From: Planctomycetaceae bacterium
Lineage (GTDB): Bacteria > Planctomycetota > Planctomycetia > Pirellulales > UBA1268
NCBI GenBank assembly: GCA_011523305.1
Contig: WTHB01000164.1
Span: forward strand, 13,922-77,921
Length of the DNA stretch: 64,000 nt
Direction of reading: 5' to 3'
This document shows positions 1-11,169 of the stretch, in pieces. Under the pieces are notes generated by a model. It was not told the origin of the DNA. It saw only the letters and a program-made list of their open reading frames with translations, and made no database searches. The stretch's first letter is position 1; every line of letters starts with the position of its first letter. A program made the translations under genes and the position numbers.

Positions 1-855
1 GATAGCCGTGCTTATCCGGGATGGCTGTGCGACCTCGTTTCAACGATGCTGGCAAAGAAAGCAGGTCTCGTCTCAGGGAATCGCTGGTATGCACCACAGG
101 CGAGTGGCTGGGGCAGCTTGGTGCGATATATCTATAACGCCCATGCCGTTGTGCCGATGCACCTAGCCACCATGCCTTGGGGTGGTTCGCTTGCGATTCA
201 CCGCCGTGTATTTGCAATGAAACAGTTTGGGGAGATTCTCTGGCACGCACCAACTGAGGATGCCGCAGTTCGGGATCTCGTGCGTGTCAGTGGGCAGGCA
301 TGCCTCATGCATCCCCGGGTGATGCTTATGAACGACGACAGCATCAGCATTGTCGACTGCTTTCGGTTCATTCGTCGCCAGTTGCTCTGGACACGACTCT
401 ACCATCCGGGCTGGGCCATCGCTTTGAGTGCGATCCTCGTGACCTATGGAGTGCTGGTCGCACAATCACTCGGTGCTGTCTACGCGGTATGGCAAGGCGA
501 TGTCGTTGCTGCAGCCTGTTGTGCAGGAGGCCCGGTCCTTGCCTCAAGCGTAAGCCTTGGGCTCATGCTTGTGATGCATCGCACGATTCTTTCTGGCGTG
601 ATAATCCCGGAAAACACGCAGATATCCACGCTTACGCTTCGGGATACCGCGAGACTGGTCGCCGCGTTGCCGATTGCCCTGGCGACCATTGCGTTGGCCA
701 CATGCGGTGCGGCCTACGCACGATCAGTTGAGTGGAGTGGGATTCGCTACGCCATTACGAAGACAGGTCGCTTGAAGCTACTGTCATATGAACCGCTGCG
801 GGCTGCTACGGTTTCCAAGCAAAACCATCCAGCCAGATCGACCGCAAGACGGTAG
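1..855 (+). CDS. membrane glycosyltransferase (GT2-like), 3' part only; gene begins upstream of the window
   Basis: Frame 1 is open from nt 1 through the first ATG at 46 to the TAG at 853-855. A soluble segment (WGGSLAIHRRVF, FRFIRRQLLWTRLYHP) is followed by several hydrophobic helices (AIALSAILVTYGVLVAQSLGAVYAV, GGPVLASSVSLGLMLVM, LVAALPIALATIALATCGAAYA). This is the layout of ceramide-glucosyltransferase/HpnI-like GT2 enzymes. Family call by eye only. Confidence 0.55.
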   Translation, partial: DSRAYPGWLCDLVSTMLAKKAGLVSGNRWYAPQASGWGSLVRYIYNAHAVVPMHLATMPWGGSLAIHRRVFAMKQFGEILWHAPTEDAAVRDLVRVSGQACLMHPRVMLMNDDSISIVDCFRFIRRQLLWTRLYHPGWAIALSAILVTYGVLVAQSLGAVYAVWQGDVVAAACCAGGPVLASSVSLGLMLVMHRTILSGVIIPENTQISTLTLRDTARLVAALPIALATIALATCGAAYARSVEWSGIRYAITKTGRLKLLSYEPLRAATVSKQNHPARSTARR

Positions 856-1170
856 TGCAAGGATGAGGGCGTTCGCTGGAATGAGGGAGGCGGCTGGGTC
901 TCCCCCAGACCCCCTGCCCCGCCGTGGGGCTGCCACAGAACCGCCACGCCACACGTTCACGGGTGACGCCGGGGCTGCGACGCGAACGAAGGCCAATGGT
1001 GGCGGCGGCGTGCTTTTTCTGCCTGTGGCCAGACGAATGGCACGGTCGGAAATACACTTGCCGTGCGGCGAATGACCCCCCTTCCGGAGACCTGGTTCCG
1101 AAGGCTGCGGGCAGCGATTGGCTTGGTATCATGTGGTCCATGGCCGCCGTGTCGGTCGCTTCATCCTTGA

Positions 1171-1602
1171 GTGCCTTTCATGGGCAAAGAACTCATCACC
1201 ATCATCGGCTGGCGCGAGCACATCGTCTTGCCCGACTGGGGCATCAAACGAATTCGGGCCAAGATCGATACCGGTGCCCGTACCAGCGCGATCCACTGCG
1301 CCCAGATTGAGAAACTCTCAGCGGGGCGGGTGCGGTTTGAGGTGGTCACGCGAGAACGGCCAAAGCGTCAGACAATTTGGGTTGAAGCTGACGTTGTCCG
1401 GGAAAGCGTGGTTAAGCCGAGCACAGGAGAGCCGCAGACCCGTTTGGTTTGCAAAACCCGCATGCGTCTCGGTACCGCTGAACATGAAATTGAAATCGCG
1501 CTCGTCTGTCGTGAGGGCATGCTCTGCCGAATGCTGCTGGGGCGAAGAGGTGTGCCTCCGGGCTTTACCGTCGACCCGCGTGCCAAGTATTTGCTCAAGT
1601 AA
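1171..1602 (+). CDS. retropepsin-like aspartic peptidase (COG4067 'ATP-dependent zinc protease', RimB-like)
   Basis: GTG at 1171 or ATG at 1180. Aspartic-protease DTG signature in RAKIDTGARTSAIH. Size (~140 aa) and position directly upstream of rimK match the family that accompanies rimK. Confidence 0.8.
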   Translation: MPFMGKELITIIGWREHIVLPDWGIKRIRAKIDTGARTSAIHCAQIEKLSAGRVRFEVVTRERPKRQTIWVEADVVRESVVKPSTGEPQTRLVCKTRMRLGTAEHEIEIALVCREGMLCRMLLGRRGVPPGFTVDPRAKYLLK

Positions 1603-1637
1603 TTCAGTTCAGAAAGCAGATCTTCCCAAGGCCGTCT

Positions 1638-2852
1638 ATGAAAGTCGCCATCCTCTCCACCGCTCCCACCTGCTACAGCACGATGCGACTTCGGCAGGCC
1701 GCGGCAGACCGAGGACATACGGTCAAGGTCCTCAACACGCTTCGCTTCGCCATTGAGCTGCAGCACGGCGAGCCCGATCTCTACTTTCGCGACAAGCATC
1801 TCAGCGACTACGACGCGATTCTTCCGAGAATCGGTGCCTCTATCACCTACTTCGGTACGGCGGTCGTTCGGCAGTTTGAGCAGATGGACGTATACACCCC
1901 CAACAGTTCAAACGGCATCACCACCTCTCGCGACAAACTCCGCAGTCTGCAGATTCTCTCCCGTCACGATATCGGTATTCCCCACACGACGTTTGTTCGG
2001 GACCGTGCCGACGTTTTGCCAGCGATTGAACGCCTCGGCGGTGCTCCAGTCATTATCAAGATTCTGGAGGGCACCCAGGGGGTTGGTGTGATTCTTGCGG
2101 AGACAACCAAGGTTGCGGAGGCGATTCTCGAGACCCTCCAGAGCGCAAAGCAGAACGTTCTCGTGCAGCGATTTGTTGCTGAGAGCAAGGGGAAAGACAT
2201 TCGCGCATTTGTGGTGGGAGACCGCGTTGTGGCTGCCATGCGGCGTGTCGCTCAGGGTGACGAATTCCGCAGTAACGTCCATCGTGGCGGTCAGGCAGAA
2301 CCTGTTGAACTCGATGCCAGTTTTCAGGAAACGGCGGTTCGTGCGGCCCAGATCATGGGGCTCCGCATTGCCGGCGTCGACATGCTCGAAAGCAAGGAAG
2401 GGCCACAGGTGATGGAGGTCAACTCGTCACCTGGGCTGGAAGGCATTGAGACCACGACAGGGCTCGACGTGGCTGGCGTGATTATCGACTACATGGCAGA
2501 CCAGGTTTCATTCCCGGAGCTAGACATCCGGCAGCGACTCACCGTGAGCAAGGGCTACGGCGTGGTCGATCTCCATGTTCGGGAAGGGCTCGAGTTGGTT
2601 GGCAAGACTATCGTCGAATCAGGCCTGCGAGAACGAGACATTGTTGTCTTAAACCTCACCAAAGGCACGACCGTGATCTCCAACCCCAAAGGGACGCGAG
2701 TGATCGAGGCCGGTGATCGCCTGTTGTGCTACGGAAAACTGGACGCGATGCGAGACCTGATCCCAGCCCGCCAAGATCGGAAACGTCGTCGGCCGAAAAT
2801 CCAGCAACTCAGTCCGGAAACCATCGCGGAAATGGGCGGGAAACAATCATGA
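1638..2852 (+). CDS. rimK: RimK-family ATP-grasp alpha-L-glutamate ligase fused to a C-terminal RCK_C/TrkA-C domain
   Basis: ATG at 1638. RimK-type motifs are DIRAFVVGDRVVAAMRR, EFRSNVHRGG and GVDMLESKEGPQVMEVNSSPGLEGIE. The extra ~100 C-terminal residues read like RCK_C (VVDLHVREGLELVGKTIVESGLRERDIVVLNLTKGTTVISNPKGTRVIEAGDRLLCYG). Confidence 0.9.
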   Translation: MKVAILSTAPTCYSTMRLRQAAADRGHTVKVLNTLRFAIELQHGEPDLYFRDKHLSDYDAILPRIGASITYFGTAVVRQFEQMDVYTPNSSNGITTSRDKLRSLQILSRHDIGIPHTTFVRDRADVLPAIERLGGAPVIIKILEGTQGVGVILAETTKVAEAILETLQSAKQNVLVQRFVAESKGKDIRAFVVGDRVVAAMRRVAQGDEFRSNVHRGGQAEPVELDASFQETAVRAAQIMGLRIAGVDMLESKEGPQVMEVNSSPGLEGIETTTGLDVAGVIIDYMADQVSFPELDIRQRLTVSKGYGVVDLHVREGLELVGKTIVESGLRERDIVVLNLTKGTTVISNPKGTRVIEAGDRLLCYGKLDAMRDLIPARQDRKRRRPKIQQLSPETIAEMGGKQS

Positions 2853-3931
2853 CCGTTCCCGACGCGGCAGCTGCGGAGTGGGCAGGCGAACGGGTGGATC
2901 CCGGTGAACACAAAGCGGTGTCCTTGCGTGTCTCGGCCAGTTACTCAGGGAACGATGTGGAAATACCTGTCATCGTCTGGCGAGGCTTGCGAGAAGGGCC
3001 AACCGTGTCACTCACTGCCGCCGTCCATGGTGATGAGATCAATGGGACAGGTGCCATCCGGCAGATTATTGTGGACCGGCCGTTCGAGCTCGCCGCGGGC
3101 ACGCTTGTTTTAGTTCCGGTGGTCAACGTTATTGGGTTTGAGCGACACAGCCGCTACCTTCCCGACCGACGCGATCTGAATCGGAGTTTCCCGGGCTATG
3201 TGACCGGTAGCCTGACGGGCAGATTTGCCCGCTCGTTCTTCGATCAGGTGATGTCGCGGTGTGACTATTGTATCGATCTCCATACGGCTGCTGTCCGCCG
3301 CACAAACTTCCCCAATGTTCGAGCAGACTTAACCGACCCTGCTCTGGCTGAATTTGCCAGGGCGTTCGGTGCCGAACTGATCGTCAGCGGGCAGGGGCCG
3401 CGGGGCTCACTTCGACGCGCTGCCTGCAAAGCTGGTTGCAAGACGATCATTCTTGAAGCAGGCGAGGTCTGGAAGGTTGAGCCGAGTGTTGTAGAGTACG
3501 CTATCCGTGGAATCACCAACTGCCTGAGGTTTCTCGGCATGATTGCTGGAAAGCCTTCTGAGCCGGCGTACCGCATCGAAACTGACTCGACCAAGTGGGT
3601 GCGAGCCGATTTCGGTGGTTTCCTGCGATTTCATGTCGCGCCCGGTGACATCATCCAGAAGGATGATCCGATTGCCACCAACACAAGCCTCACCGGTGAT
3701 AGCCAGAACGTGCTGCGAGCACCCCGAGAAGGTGTTGTCTTGGGGATGACGACCCTGCCTGCCGTCGCCCCAGGCGATCCGGTCTGCCACTTGGCTTTTC
3801 CGAAGAAGGGGCGACTCCGCAAAGCCGAACATTCCACCGCGAAACTCGATGATGCGAGCCTCCATGAACGCGTTCGCGATGCTTTAGCGGCGGGCATCGA
3901 CGTCGTCGATCCCTCGCAGGAAGAAGGCTGA
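2849..3931 (+). CDS. succinylglutamate desuccinylase/aspartoacylase (AstE/AspA) family zinc hydrolase
   Basis: ATG at 2849 overlaps the rimK TGA (ATGA, 2849-2852). The 41 codons upstream in the tracked ORF overlap rimK and are rejected. Zinc-ligand motif AAVHGDEINGTG is present, plus family-typical DRRDLNRSFPG and IDLHTA. Confidence 0.85.
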   Translation: MTVPDAAAAEWAGERVDPGEHKAVSLRVSASYSGNDVEIPVIVWRGLREGPTVSLTAAVHGDEINGTGAIRQIIVDRPFELAAGTLVLVPVVNVIGFERHSRYLPDRRDLNRSFPGYVTGSLTGRFARSFFDQVMSRCDYCIDLHTAAVRRTNFPNVRADLTDPALAEFARAFGAELIVSGQGPRGSLRRAACKAGCKTIILEAGEVWKVEPSVVEYAIRGITNCLRFLGMIAGKPSEPAYRIETDSTKWVRADFGGFLRFHVAPGDIIQKDDPIATNTSLTGDSQNVLRAPREGVVLGMTTLPAVAPGDPVCHLAFPKKGRLRKAEHSTAKLDDASLHERVRDALAAGIDVVDPSQEEG

Positions 3932-3975
3932 ATCCCTTCTTCTTCGGCAATCTTTGCTGTCTGGAGGCAGTCAGT

Positions 3976-5973
3976 TCACTCGGGGGACGTCGTGTCAAAA
4001 AGTTGAACGTCGTCGATGAAAAAACGACCACTGAAGTCCGTGCCGGGAAAAAAGCGAAGCGTCACTTCGTCATGCTGTCCACTGTTGAAGAAACAACGGA
4101 TTGGCAGCCAGCGTCCGGTCGTTGATGCGTCCATTACAATCTGTGCGGTCTCATCGAATTGATCGGACGTGTCAAAAACAACTTTGCCACGAGATCCTGG
4201 TTCGAAAAAAACGTTGAAGCGTGCTTCAAACAGATGAGTGGGTGCAATCGCAATCGTCTGTTTCACCGCTCTTTCACGCTCAAAATGTTTTGCTGACATC
4301 AGCGCATGTTTGCCGTCACGGTGTCGCCTTGGGGTGATTTCGTAAGCGCCAGCTCGAAACTTCCAGCCAGATTCAGAATCGAAGGCATGCTCAAACGAGC
4401 TGTTTCGGATCAGATTGACACCGCCTGGCTCTTTTGGTGTTGAGGTGATTGGCGGCAGATACGCCGGGTGCGCTCCCGCATTCCCCTGCCCTGGTGTCCA
4501 GCGAAACGATTTTCCTTCGATTCGAAGGTCAGGTTGCGGTTTCAGTCTCGTGCCCGGTGGAGCAAAGTGGGCAGGAGCAAACGCCCGCATTTTCTGCTTG
4601 ATCGTTTGAAACTGTGGAAGCGTTGCAAGGTTGGTCCACTCGTTTGGGTCGGCCTTTACGTCGTAGAGTTCTTCGCCGTCTTCTCCGTACCGTATGTATC
4701 GCCAGTCACGATTGATAACGGCATATTCGCCCGGATTCATGTGGGGGAGTAGTACGCTCCGGTCGTCTGCCGTGTCGGGCGTCTCCAGCGTTTCTGCAAG
4801 GGATTCCCCCTCGAGTTTCTGGTGAGGCTCTGGGAGTCCACAAAGGTCGACAAGTGTTGGATAGATGTCGATCAAGCTGACCGTAACATCGGTGCCCTTG
4901 CCTTTCGCCACGCCCGGGCCGGCCCAGATGAACGGAACGTTTGACGTGCGCTCCCAGAGGGTGTGTTTGCCCCAGTCTCCCTTTTCGCCGTGGTGATACC
5001 CGTGATCACTCCAGAGCACCACGATTGTGTTATCGGCATAAGGGCTCTCCTCAAGAGCATCGAGTACCCGCCCCATCATGGCGTCTGCGTAACTGATGCA
5101 GGCAAGATAGCCATGGATGGCGTCTTTGACCGCGCCAAGGGCTTCGAGTTTCTGGTGAATCCGCGACCGTGCGGTCTTCATCTTGCGGATCTTGGCTGGC
5201 AGGTCGTCAAGGTCGTCGTGCTTATACGGAGGGAACTCAATCTCGTCTGGGTTGTAGAGGTCGAAGTATTTCTGCGGACAGTAGTTGGGGAAATGCGGAG
5301 CGTAGATGCCGACTCCCAGAAAAAATGGTTTGTCATGTGACTGCTTTAATTTGTCGACGGCCCAGTTGATCCGGATCGTGTCGGCCATGTCCTCTTCTCG
5401 ATCATCTGGGATTGCAGCCCACTCAAGAAAGAGGCCGCCACTGATGGCTTGCCCCTGGTTGTAGATACTGTTGGGGAAGGGAGTTGGGAAAGGCGAGTCT
5501 TCTCCCCACGATTCCAAAGGCCACCCATTCTTGCGCTGAGCCGGATTGCGAAGAAAGAATTCTGTCCAACCGCGTTGGTCGATCATGCCGGCGGGATGGT
5601 GGAACAACTTTCCCGCTCCAAAGGTGTCGTAGCCGGACTTAGAAAAGCTCAGTTGGAGGGGTTCTATTTCCGGGTGGTCCACAAAGTAGGTCGCCGTGCT
5701 GTAGCACCCGGTAGTGGAAGCGAACTGACCAGAGAAAATCGCAGCGCGGCTTGGAGCACAGAAGACGCCTGCGGTATGGGCATTGGTGAAATTCACGCCA
5801 CGAGATGCGAGTCGATCAAAGTTTGGTGTGATGGCATGCGGAGTGGAGTTCAGGCAGCCGATCCAATCGTTCATGTCATCGACTGCGAGAAACAAGACAT
5901 TGGGCCTCGTCGCCGCCGAAGCAGATGAGGCCAGTAGCGCGAAAAAGATGGCGAGGAGATGAGTTGGTTTCAT
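3976..5973 (-). CDS. formylglycine-dependent sulfatase with C-terminal beta-sandwich-like extension
   Basis: ATG at 5971-5973 gives the signal peptide [21 protein letters not shown]. The 60 upstream codons of the tracked ORF are rejected. Sulfatase signature [10 protein letters not shown]...[12 protein letters not shown] is present. About 190 extra C-terminal residues end in [21 protein letters not shown]. Confidence 0.9.
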   Translation of the reverse strand: MKPTHLLAIFFALLASSASAATRPNVLFLAVDDMNDWIGCLNSTPHAITPNFDRLASRGVNFTNAHTAGVFCAPSRAAIFSGQFASTTGCYSTATYFVDHPEIEPLQLSFSKSGYDTFGAGKLFHHPAGMIDQRGWTEFFLRNPAQRKNGWPLESWGEDSPFPTPFPNSIYNQGQAISGGLFLEWAAIPDDREEDMADTIRINWAVDKLKQSHDKPFFLGVGIYAPHFPNYCPQKYFDLYNPDEIEFPPYKHDDLDDLPAKIRKMKTARSRIHQKLEALGAVKDAIHGYLACISYADAMMGRVLDALEESPYADNTIVVLWSDHGYHHGEKGDWGKHTLWERTSNVPFIWAGPGVAKGKGTDVTVSLIDIYPTLVDLCGLPEPHQKLEGESLAETLETPDTADDRSVLLPHMNPGEYAVINRDWRYIRYGEDGEELYDVKADPNEWTNLATLPQFQTIKQKMRAFAPAHFAPPGTRLKPQPDLRIEGKSFRWTPGQGNAGAHPAYLPPITSTPKEPGGVNLIRNSSFEHAFDSESGWKFRAGAYEITPRRHRDGKHALMSAKHFERERAVKQTIAIAPTHLFEARFNVFFEPGSRGKVVFDTSDQFDETAQIVMDASTTGRWLPIRCFFNSGQHDEVTLRFFPGTDFSGRFFIDDVQLFDTTSPE

Positions 5974-6323
5974 GATGGTGGTTGAAGCGGGAGTGGGAGC
6001 GTACGTTGAGTTCGGTGAGACAAGCGTGGGGCTGACGGAGGGCGGCTTTTGTTGGAATAGGCGTCGCGAAGAAATGTGAATGTGGTAGCTGGGTGGTCCT
6101 GTCAGTCTACTATGGGAACAGTTTCGGCATGGGCGAAAGCACGTCTGTTGCATTGATTCGAGGCCTCGGGGCGAACAGGCCGGTTTCGTGGTGCTCGCTT
6201 GCTTAGAAAGCGGTGTGTGGACACAGTATTTGGTGGATGGTGTTTGAACCCCGGCGTTGTTGAAGAACAGGTTGCCCTTTGCGAGGTGTTGGCATGCTTG
6301 GTTGCGTGGGCGGGAAGGAAAGA

Positions 6324-8732
6324 ATGAAGAAGGTCGCGGGGTTCCTTGTCGCCGTGGCAGTGGCTGTACCGATGTCCTCAGTCACCGCGGATTCACCGCG
6401 CACCTACGAACTCTGGGAGCCAGCCCCCGCACCCAATCGCGGCAGATTGAATTGGGAGAGGACAAAAGACAGCCCCAAGCCAAACTCCTACGATCAGGAT
6501 TGGGAACGCTGGTCGTATCCCCTCGGGAATGGTTACGGAGGGGCCTGTGTCTTTGGCCGCACGGATACCGACCGCATCCAGATCACCGAGAAGACCCTGC
6601 ATAACAAGGGGAAATACGGAAAAGGCGGGCTCACTGGCTTCGCGGAGGTCTTCATCGACTTCAATCATGACGAGGTGCAGGAGTACCGCCGCTCGCTCAA
6701 CCTGAACGAAGCGATTGCACGGGTCTCGTACGAGCATGATGGCGTGCATTTTCAGCGGGAGTATTTTGCTTCCTACCCGGACAAGGTCACCGTTATTCAG
6801 CTCACGGCCGACCAGAAGGCCAAACTCACCTTCACGGTGCGTGTGGACATTCCCTATCTCGAGAGGAAGGAGCGAACGGGTCAGATTGCTGCCGAAGGCA
6901 AGTTGCTGACACTCAAGGGGAGTATCCCTCGCTTCAGTTGCAACTACGAAGGGCAAGTTAAGGTGATTCACGAGGGCGGCACCGTGACCGCTGACCGCAC
7001 CAAGGGCACGCTCCGAGTCCGTGGTGCAGATCGGGTCACACTGTTGATCGCGACCGGAACGAACTACGTCCTTGAGCCGAAGACCTTTCTGGCTGAAGGT
7101 CCACAAAAACTCGACCCGCAGGAGTTTCCGCATGAAAAGGTCACTGCCTGCGTCGATGCCGCAGAATCGCTCGGCTATGCCGCATTGAGGCAACGGCACC
7201 TCGAGGACTATCAAGACCTCTTCAGCCGTGTCTCGGTCAACCTGAATTCGAAACCATCTTCAAAGCCGACCCACGAACTCTTGGAGCATTACCAAAAGGG
7301 AGACACGGACCCTTGGCTCGAAGAACTCATGTTCCAGTACGGCCGGTATCTGCTGATTGCCAGTTCTCGGCCGAAAAGTTTGCCAGCCAATCTGCAGGGG
7401 GCGTGGAGCCAAGACTATTTCACGCCGTGGACGGGCGGGTTTTGGCACAACATCAATGTTCAAATGAACTATTGGGGGGCGATGAACACGAACCTGGCTG
7501 AGTGTTTTGAAGCCTATGTCCATTTCTACCAAGCCTATCTTCCGATCGCTCAGCAGCATGCCGCCGACTATGTGCGTGAACACACCCCCGCGAAGTTCAG
7601 CGAACGGGCCGACAACGGCTGGGTGATCGGCACGGGCGCCAACGCCTACTCCATTCCCGGTTCGAAAGGGGGGCACTCCGGGCCCGGCACGGGAGGGTTC
7701 ACGGCGAAGTTGTTGGCCGATTACTACCACTTCACGCAGGACCGGCAGTATCTCGCTGACATTGCGTTTCCGGCCATGCTCTCACTCAGCAAGTTCTACT
7801 CCAAGGCGCTCGTACCCCATGGTGATCTGCTGCTGATAGAACCGTCCTCTTCTCCTGAGCAGACGGCCACGCCAGAGCAGGTCAAAGGACTGCCGGGGCG
7901 TTTGGTTGCGAAGCGGTTCTACACCACGGCAGGCTGCACCTTTGACCAGGGATTTGTCTGGGAGACATATGCCGATACCCTCACGCTTGCTGAAGCCTTG
8001 GGGCGAGACGATCGCTTTCTTGCAACCATTCGTGAGCAGATTTCACGCCTTGATCCCGTTCTGGTTGGAGCGGACGGCCAGGTCAAGGAATATCGGGAAG
8101 AACATCACTACAGTGACATTGGCGAGCCAAGGCACCGACACATTTCTCACCTGTGCCCACTCTACCCCGGTACGCTGATCAACTCGCAGCAGCCCGCGTG
8201 GGGCCAAGCTGCCAGCAAGACGCTCGATCTTCGGGGAAACAGAACCACAGGGTGGGCGCTGGCCCATCGGATGAATTGTCGTGCCCGGCTTGGGGAGGGC
8301 GACAAGGCCCGCGAGGTCTACCAACGGTTCATCCAAGAACGGACCGTATCCAATCTCTGGACACTGCATCCGCCGTTTCAGATCGATGGGAGTCTTGGCA
8401 CCATGGCGGGGGTCGCCGAAATGCTCCTCCAGAGCCATGAGGGGGTGATCAGGGTCCTCCCTGCCCTTCCGAAAGCATGGAACACGGGGTCGTTTGACGG
8501 CCTTGTCGCCCGAGGCAACTTTGTTGTTTCAGCAACGTGGAGAAGAGGAAAAGCCACTGCGGTCTCATTGTGTGCCAGAAGCGGCGGCCAGTGCCGTGTC
8601 ACGGTTGCGGGAATCAGTGCCCCTCGGGTGAAAGACAGTCAGGGCAGGCAGGTCGAGGCCGCCGTGGAGTCAGGGGACCTGCTGACCTTTGCAGCCACCG
8701 CCGGGGAAACGTACACGATCGTGGGGGAGTGA
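6324..8732 (+). CDS. glycoside hydrolase family 95 (alpha-L-fucosidase type)
   Basis: ATG at 6324 is preceded by GGAAGGAAAGA and gives the signal-like [20 protein letters not shown] (the tracked ORF starts at TTG 6279). GH95-like blocks are [37 protein letters not shown] and [37 protein letters not shown]. Confidence 0.88.
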   Translation: MKKVAGFLVAVAVAVPMSSVTADSPRTYELWEPAPAPNRGRLNWERTKDSPKPNSYDQDWERWSYPLGNGYGGACVFGRTDTDRIQITEKTLHNKGKYGKGGLTGFAEVFIDFNHDEVQEYRRSLNLNEAIARVSYEHDGVHFQREYFASYPDKVTVIQLTADQKAKLTFTVRVDIPYLERKERTGQIAAEGKLLTLKGSIPRFSCNYEGQVKVIHEGGTVTADRTKGTLRVRGADRVTLLIATGTNYVLEPKTFLAEGPQKLDPQEFPHEKVTACVDAAESLGYAALRQRHLEDYQDLFSRVSVNLNSKPSSKPTHELLEHYQKGDTDPWLEELMFQYGRYLLIASSRPKSLPANLQGAWSQDYFTPWTGGFWHNINVQMNYWGAMNTNLAECFEAYVHFYQAYLPIAQQHAADYVREHTPAKFSERADNGWVIGTGANAYSIPGSKGGHSGPGTGGFTAKLLADYYHFTQDRQYLADIAFPAMLSLSKFYSKALVPHGDLLLIEPSSSPEQTATPEQVKGLPGRLVAKRFYTTAGCTFDQGFVWETYADTLTLAEALGRDDRFLATIREQISRLDPVLVGADGQVKEYREEHHYSDIGEPRHRHISHLCPLYPGTLINSQQPAWGQAASKTLDLRGNRTTGWALAHRMNCRARLGEGDKAREVYQRFIQERTVSNLWTLHPPFQIDGSLGTMAGVAEMLLQSHEGVIRVLPALPKAWNTGSFDGLVARGNFVVSATWRRGKATAVSLCARSGGQCRVTVAGISAPRVKDSQGRQVEAAVESGDLLTFAATAGETYTIVGE

Positions 8733-8859
8733 CTCGGCGGAAAACCGGCCGCGTGCCTCGCTGGTTGACGCCTCGGGTGCAATCTCGTAGCTGGCATCCA
8801 GCCAATGCGGCATGCACGGGTATGCCCGACAAAGCAATGCCGGTTGGATGACCCTGATT

Positions 8860-9570
8860 CTACTTCTTGTCCTGCAGTGCCTTGAGGATCACGTCCGCGA
8901 CGTGCCGGCCGAGTGCCGCCGAGCCCTCGGCAGTGTAGTGCACATTGGCCGGCCGTTGCATGGTGGCGATTGATTCAGCGTAGCCAAAAAAAGGGTCAGT
9001 CTCGATGCCGCCAACGTCGCTGATTGCCACGGCGGCGGCCGTGTTGTACCGCTTTGAGTCACCTGGGACGCGGCCCTTCGTTCCCTGTGGGACAGGCGTT
9101 GTCTCTCGCCAGATAACGATTGTCCCGCTCTTTTTGATGCGTTCTGCGAGCGTGTGAATGTTGGCCTGATAGGCATCGATGGGAACCTGCTGGTGGGACG
9201 TACTGGCCGTTGGGTCGGCAAGGTTCTCGCCGTTGGGACCGAGGTACTTCAGGTCGTGTAAGCCAAAGTTCCAATGCACCACATCCCACTGACGATCACC
9301 AAGCCAGGCATCAATATGCTGGAGGCCGTTCGTCGTTGGCCCGCAGTTGGTCTTGGGGCGAAACACGTTTGCCTTCCCGGCACATGCTTCCCGTACCGCC
9401 GTGTGGTAGCCAATCGAAATCGAATCGCCGAGTAAGAGCACATTCGGCAGTGACGGATCAGCTTTGGGGGCAGTAAACGCAGGGTTCTCCCGCCGTTTGT
9501 TCTGGGCAGCAGTGGAGGTAGCGAACATGAAGATGATCAGCAGGGCGATCAGGGAGTAGCGCGTATGCAT
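8860..9570 (-). CDS. SGNH/GDSL-family hydrolase (esterase/deacetylase), secreted
   Basis: Signal peptide MHTRYSLIALLIIFMFATSTAAQ. Block I is VLLLGDSISIGY. Later blocks include HWNFGLHDL. Confidence 0.85.
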   Translation of the reverse strand: MHTRYSLIALLIIFMFATSTAAQNKRRENPAFTAPKADPSLPNVLLLGDSISIGYHTAVREACAGKANVFRPKTNCGPTTNGLQHIDAWLGDRQWDVVHWNFGLHDLKYLGPNGENLADPTASTSHQQVPIDAYQANIHTLAERIKKSGTIVIWRETTPVPQGTKGRVPGDSKRYNTAAAVAISDVGGIETDPFFGYAESIATMQRPANVHYTAEGSAALGRHVADVILKALQDKK

Positions 9571-9663
9571 GAGAGCCTTTCGGTGTGATTAGGCGTGGGC
9601 AGGGATTCTGAACATGATCTTGTTTGAGTGGTAGGAACGGAGAGGCCTAGCAAGATCCCCCGG

Positions 9664-11088
9664 CTACTTCTTTCTTGAGCGGACTTTTTGTTGATTAAAC
9701 CGCCGGTCCATTTCGGCGAGGGCTTCGGGGTCTTCGAACGTGCCGTCGTCGTCGGTCCGCACGGTCCATTGATGAAGCGTGTGGCGAAAAGAGTCAAGTG
9801 TCTTTTGGTGGGCCGGATTATGAGCCAGATTGTTGAGTTCGTAGGGATCAAGACGCAGGTTGTACAGCTCCTCTTTTGGCTTTTCCAAGTAATAAGCCGA
9901 TTGAGTGGAGGAAAGTCGCCCTTCTTCGAAAAGGTGCTCGCCAGCTCTACTGGCGGCAACATTGCCGTGGCTGCTCTCAAAGCAGGTGATGCCCCGTACG
10001 TAGTTCCGAATGTATTTAAACTCTTTCGAGCAGACACTTCGGCAACGGTCCACTCGCATGTCAATGCGGTCTCGCATGGCAAACAGGTACTCGGGCTCTG
10101 GCTGTCTGTCCGGGCCGAGGAAGATGCGGCCTTCCAAGTAGCTGGGGAGTGTTCCGCCGGCCAGATTGATAAATGTCGGCGCAAGGTCGAGTGCGGAAAC
10201 GAGCTCGTTGCTACGGGTGCCCGGCTTGAATTCAGGCTCAAATTTCTGGGGAATCCGCACAATGAGTGGCATGAGGATGCCTCGTTCATACAGGAAGCCT
10301 TTGCCCCGAAAGACCGGCGGTCCGTTGTCTCCTATCACTAAGATGATGGTGTTTTCGTAGAGTCCCCTCGATTTCAGATCTTCAAGCAGAGAGCCGATTT
10401 TCTGGTCGAGCAGGTTGACGTTTTCCAGGTACGCCGCCAGCTCTTCCCGAGCGGCAGAAGTTTCCGGCGTGTACGGATGCAGTTCAACAGCTTTCCGGTC
10501 GACCGGATGGTCCGGACACGCGAGAAAGGGATAGACCTTTCCGTCCTCCCGTTTTTGGTTCACCCGGTGGGTGTCGTAGAACTGATACTGGCAGAAGAAT
10601 GGCTGTCTGGAGGCCACTTCTTCCCAGTCAGTTGAGTCATAGGAATTAGTGCCGGGATCCTTAAACCCCCAGTCTTTTTTGCCATGGCCTGGGAAGCCGA
10701 TGAAGTAGCCAGCAGCTCGAATGTGTGAGGTAAAAATATCCACTCCGTCGGGGAGAGGTTTTTTCTCAAGGGGCGGACGGATTCGCATGTTCTTGGAAAA
10801 TACCTGGTGCGGGTAAAGCCCGGTCATGAAGCTGGAGCGACTCGGGCTGCAGACTGAAGCCGTCGTATAGGCGCGGGTGTAGAGGATGCCTTCGGCTGCG
10901 AGCTGGTCTAGGTTGGGTGTGTGAACTCCTTTGGTTCCGTAGCAGCCCATGTCGCAGCCGATGTCCTCAGTGACAATCCAGAGGAAGTTGGGCTTCTCTG
11001 TAGCCCCAGGGCGAGCCACGGCCCTCGACGCTGGGACAGCACTGAAAGCCGCCAGCACGATGAAAGCGTGAAGTAAGGGGCGACACAT
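9664..11088 (-). CDS. formylglycine-dependent sulfatase
   Basis: Signal peptide MCRPLLHAFIVLAAFSAVPASRA. Sulfatase signature is PNFLWIVTEDIG...CSPSRSSFMTG. Confidence 0.92.
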   Translation of the reverse strand: MCRPLLHAFIVLAAFSAVPASRAVARPGATEKPNFLWIVTEDIGCDMGCYGTKGVHTPNLDQLAAEGILYTRAYTTASVCSPSRSSFMTGLYPHQVFSKNMRIRPPLEKKPLPDGVDIFTSHIRAAGYFIGFPGHGKKDWGFKDPGTNSYDSTDWEEVASRQPFFCQYQFYDTHRVNQKREDGKVYPFLACPDHPVDRKAVELHPYTPETSAAREELAAYLENVNLLDQKIGSLLEDLKSRGLYENTIILVIGDNGPPVFRGKGFLYERGILMPLIVRIPQKFEPEFKPGTRSNELVSALDLAPTFINLAGGTLPSYLEGRIFLGPDRQPEPEYLFAMRDRIDMRVDRCRSVCSKEFKYIRNYVRGITCFESSHGNVAASRAGEHLFEEGRLSSTQSAYYLEKPKEELYNLRLDPYELNNLAHNPAHQKTLDSFRHTLHQWTVRTDDDGTFEDPEALAEMDRRFNQQKVRSRKK

Positions 11089-11169
11089 GTCATTTCACTC
11101 CGAGAGTCTTGATGAGCCGAGTTGGTTGCCTGACTACAACGGGCAAGATGCATTCGCCAGTAACGCCCG

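Noticed and set aside
855-1170. Small GC-rich hairpins (gggtct-ccccc-agaccc and gcccc-gccgt-ggggc) after the glycosyltransferase gene, considered as terminators
   Set aside because: The stems are only 5-6 bp with no U-tract. This is too weak to call.
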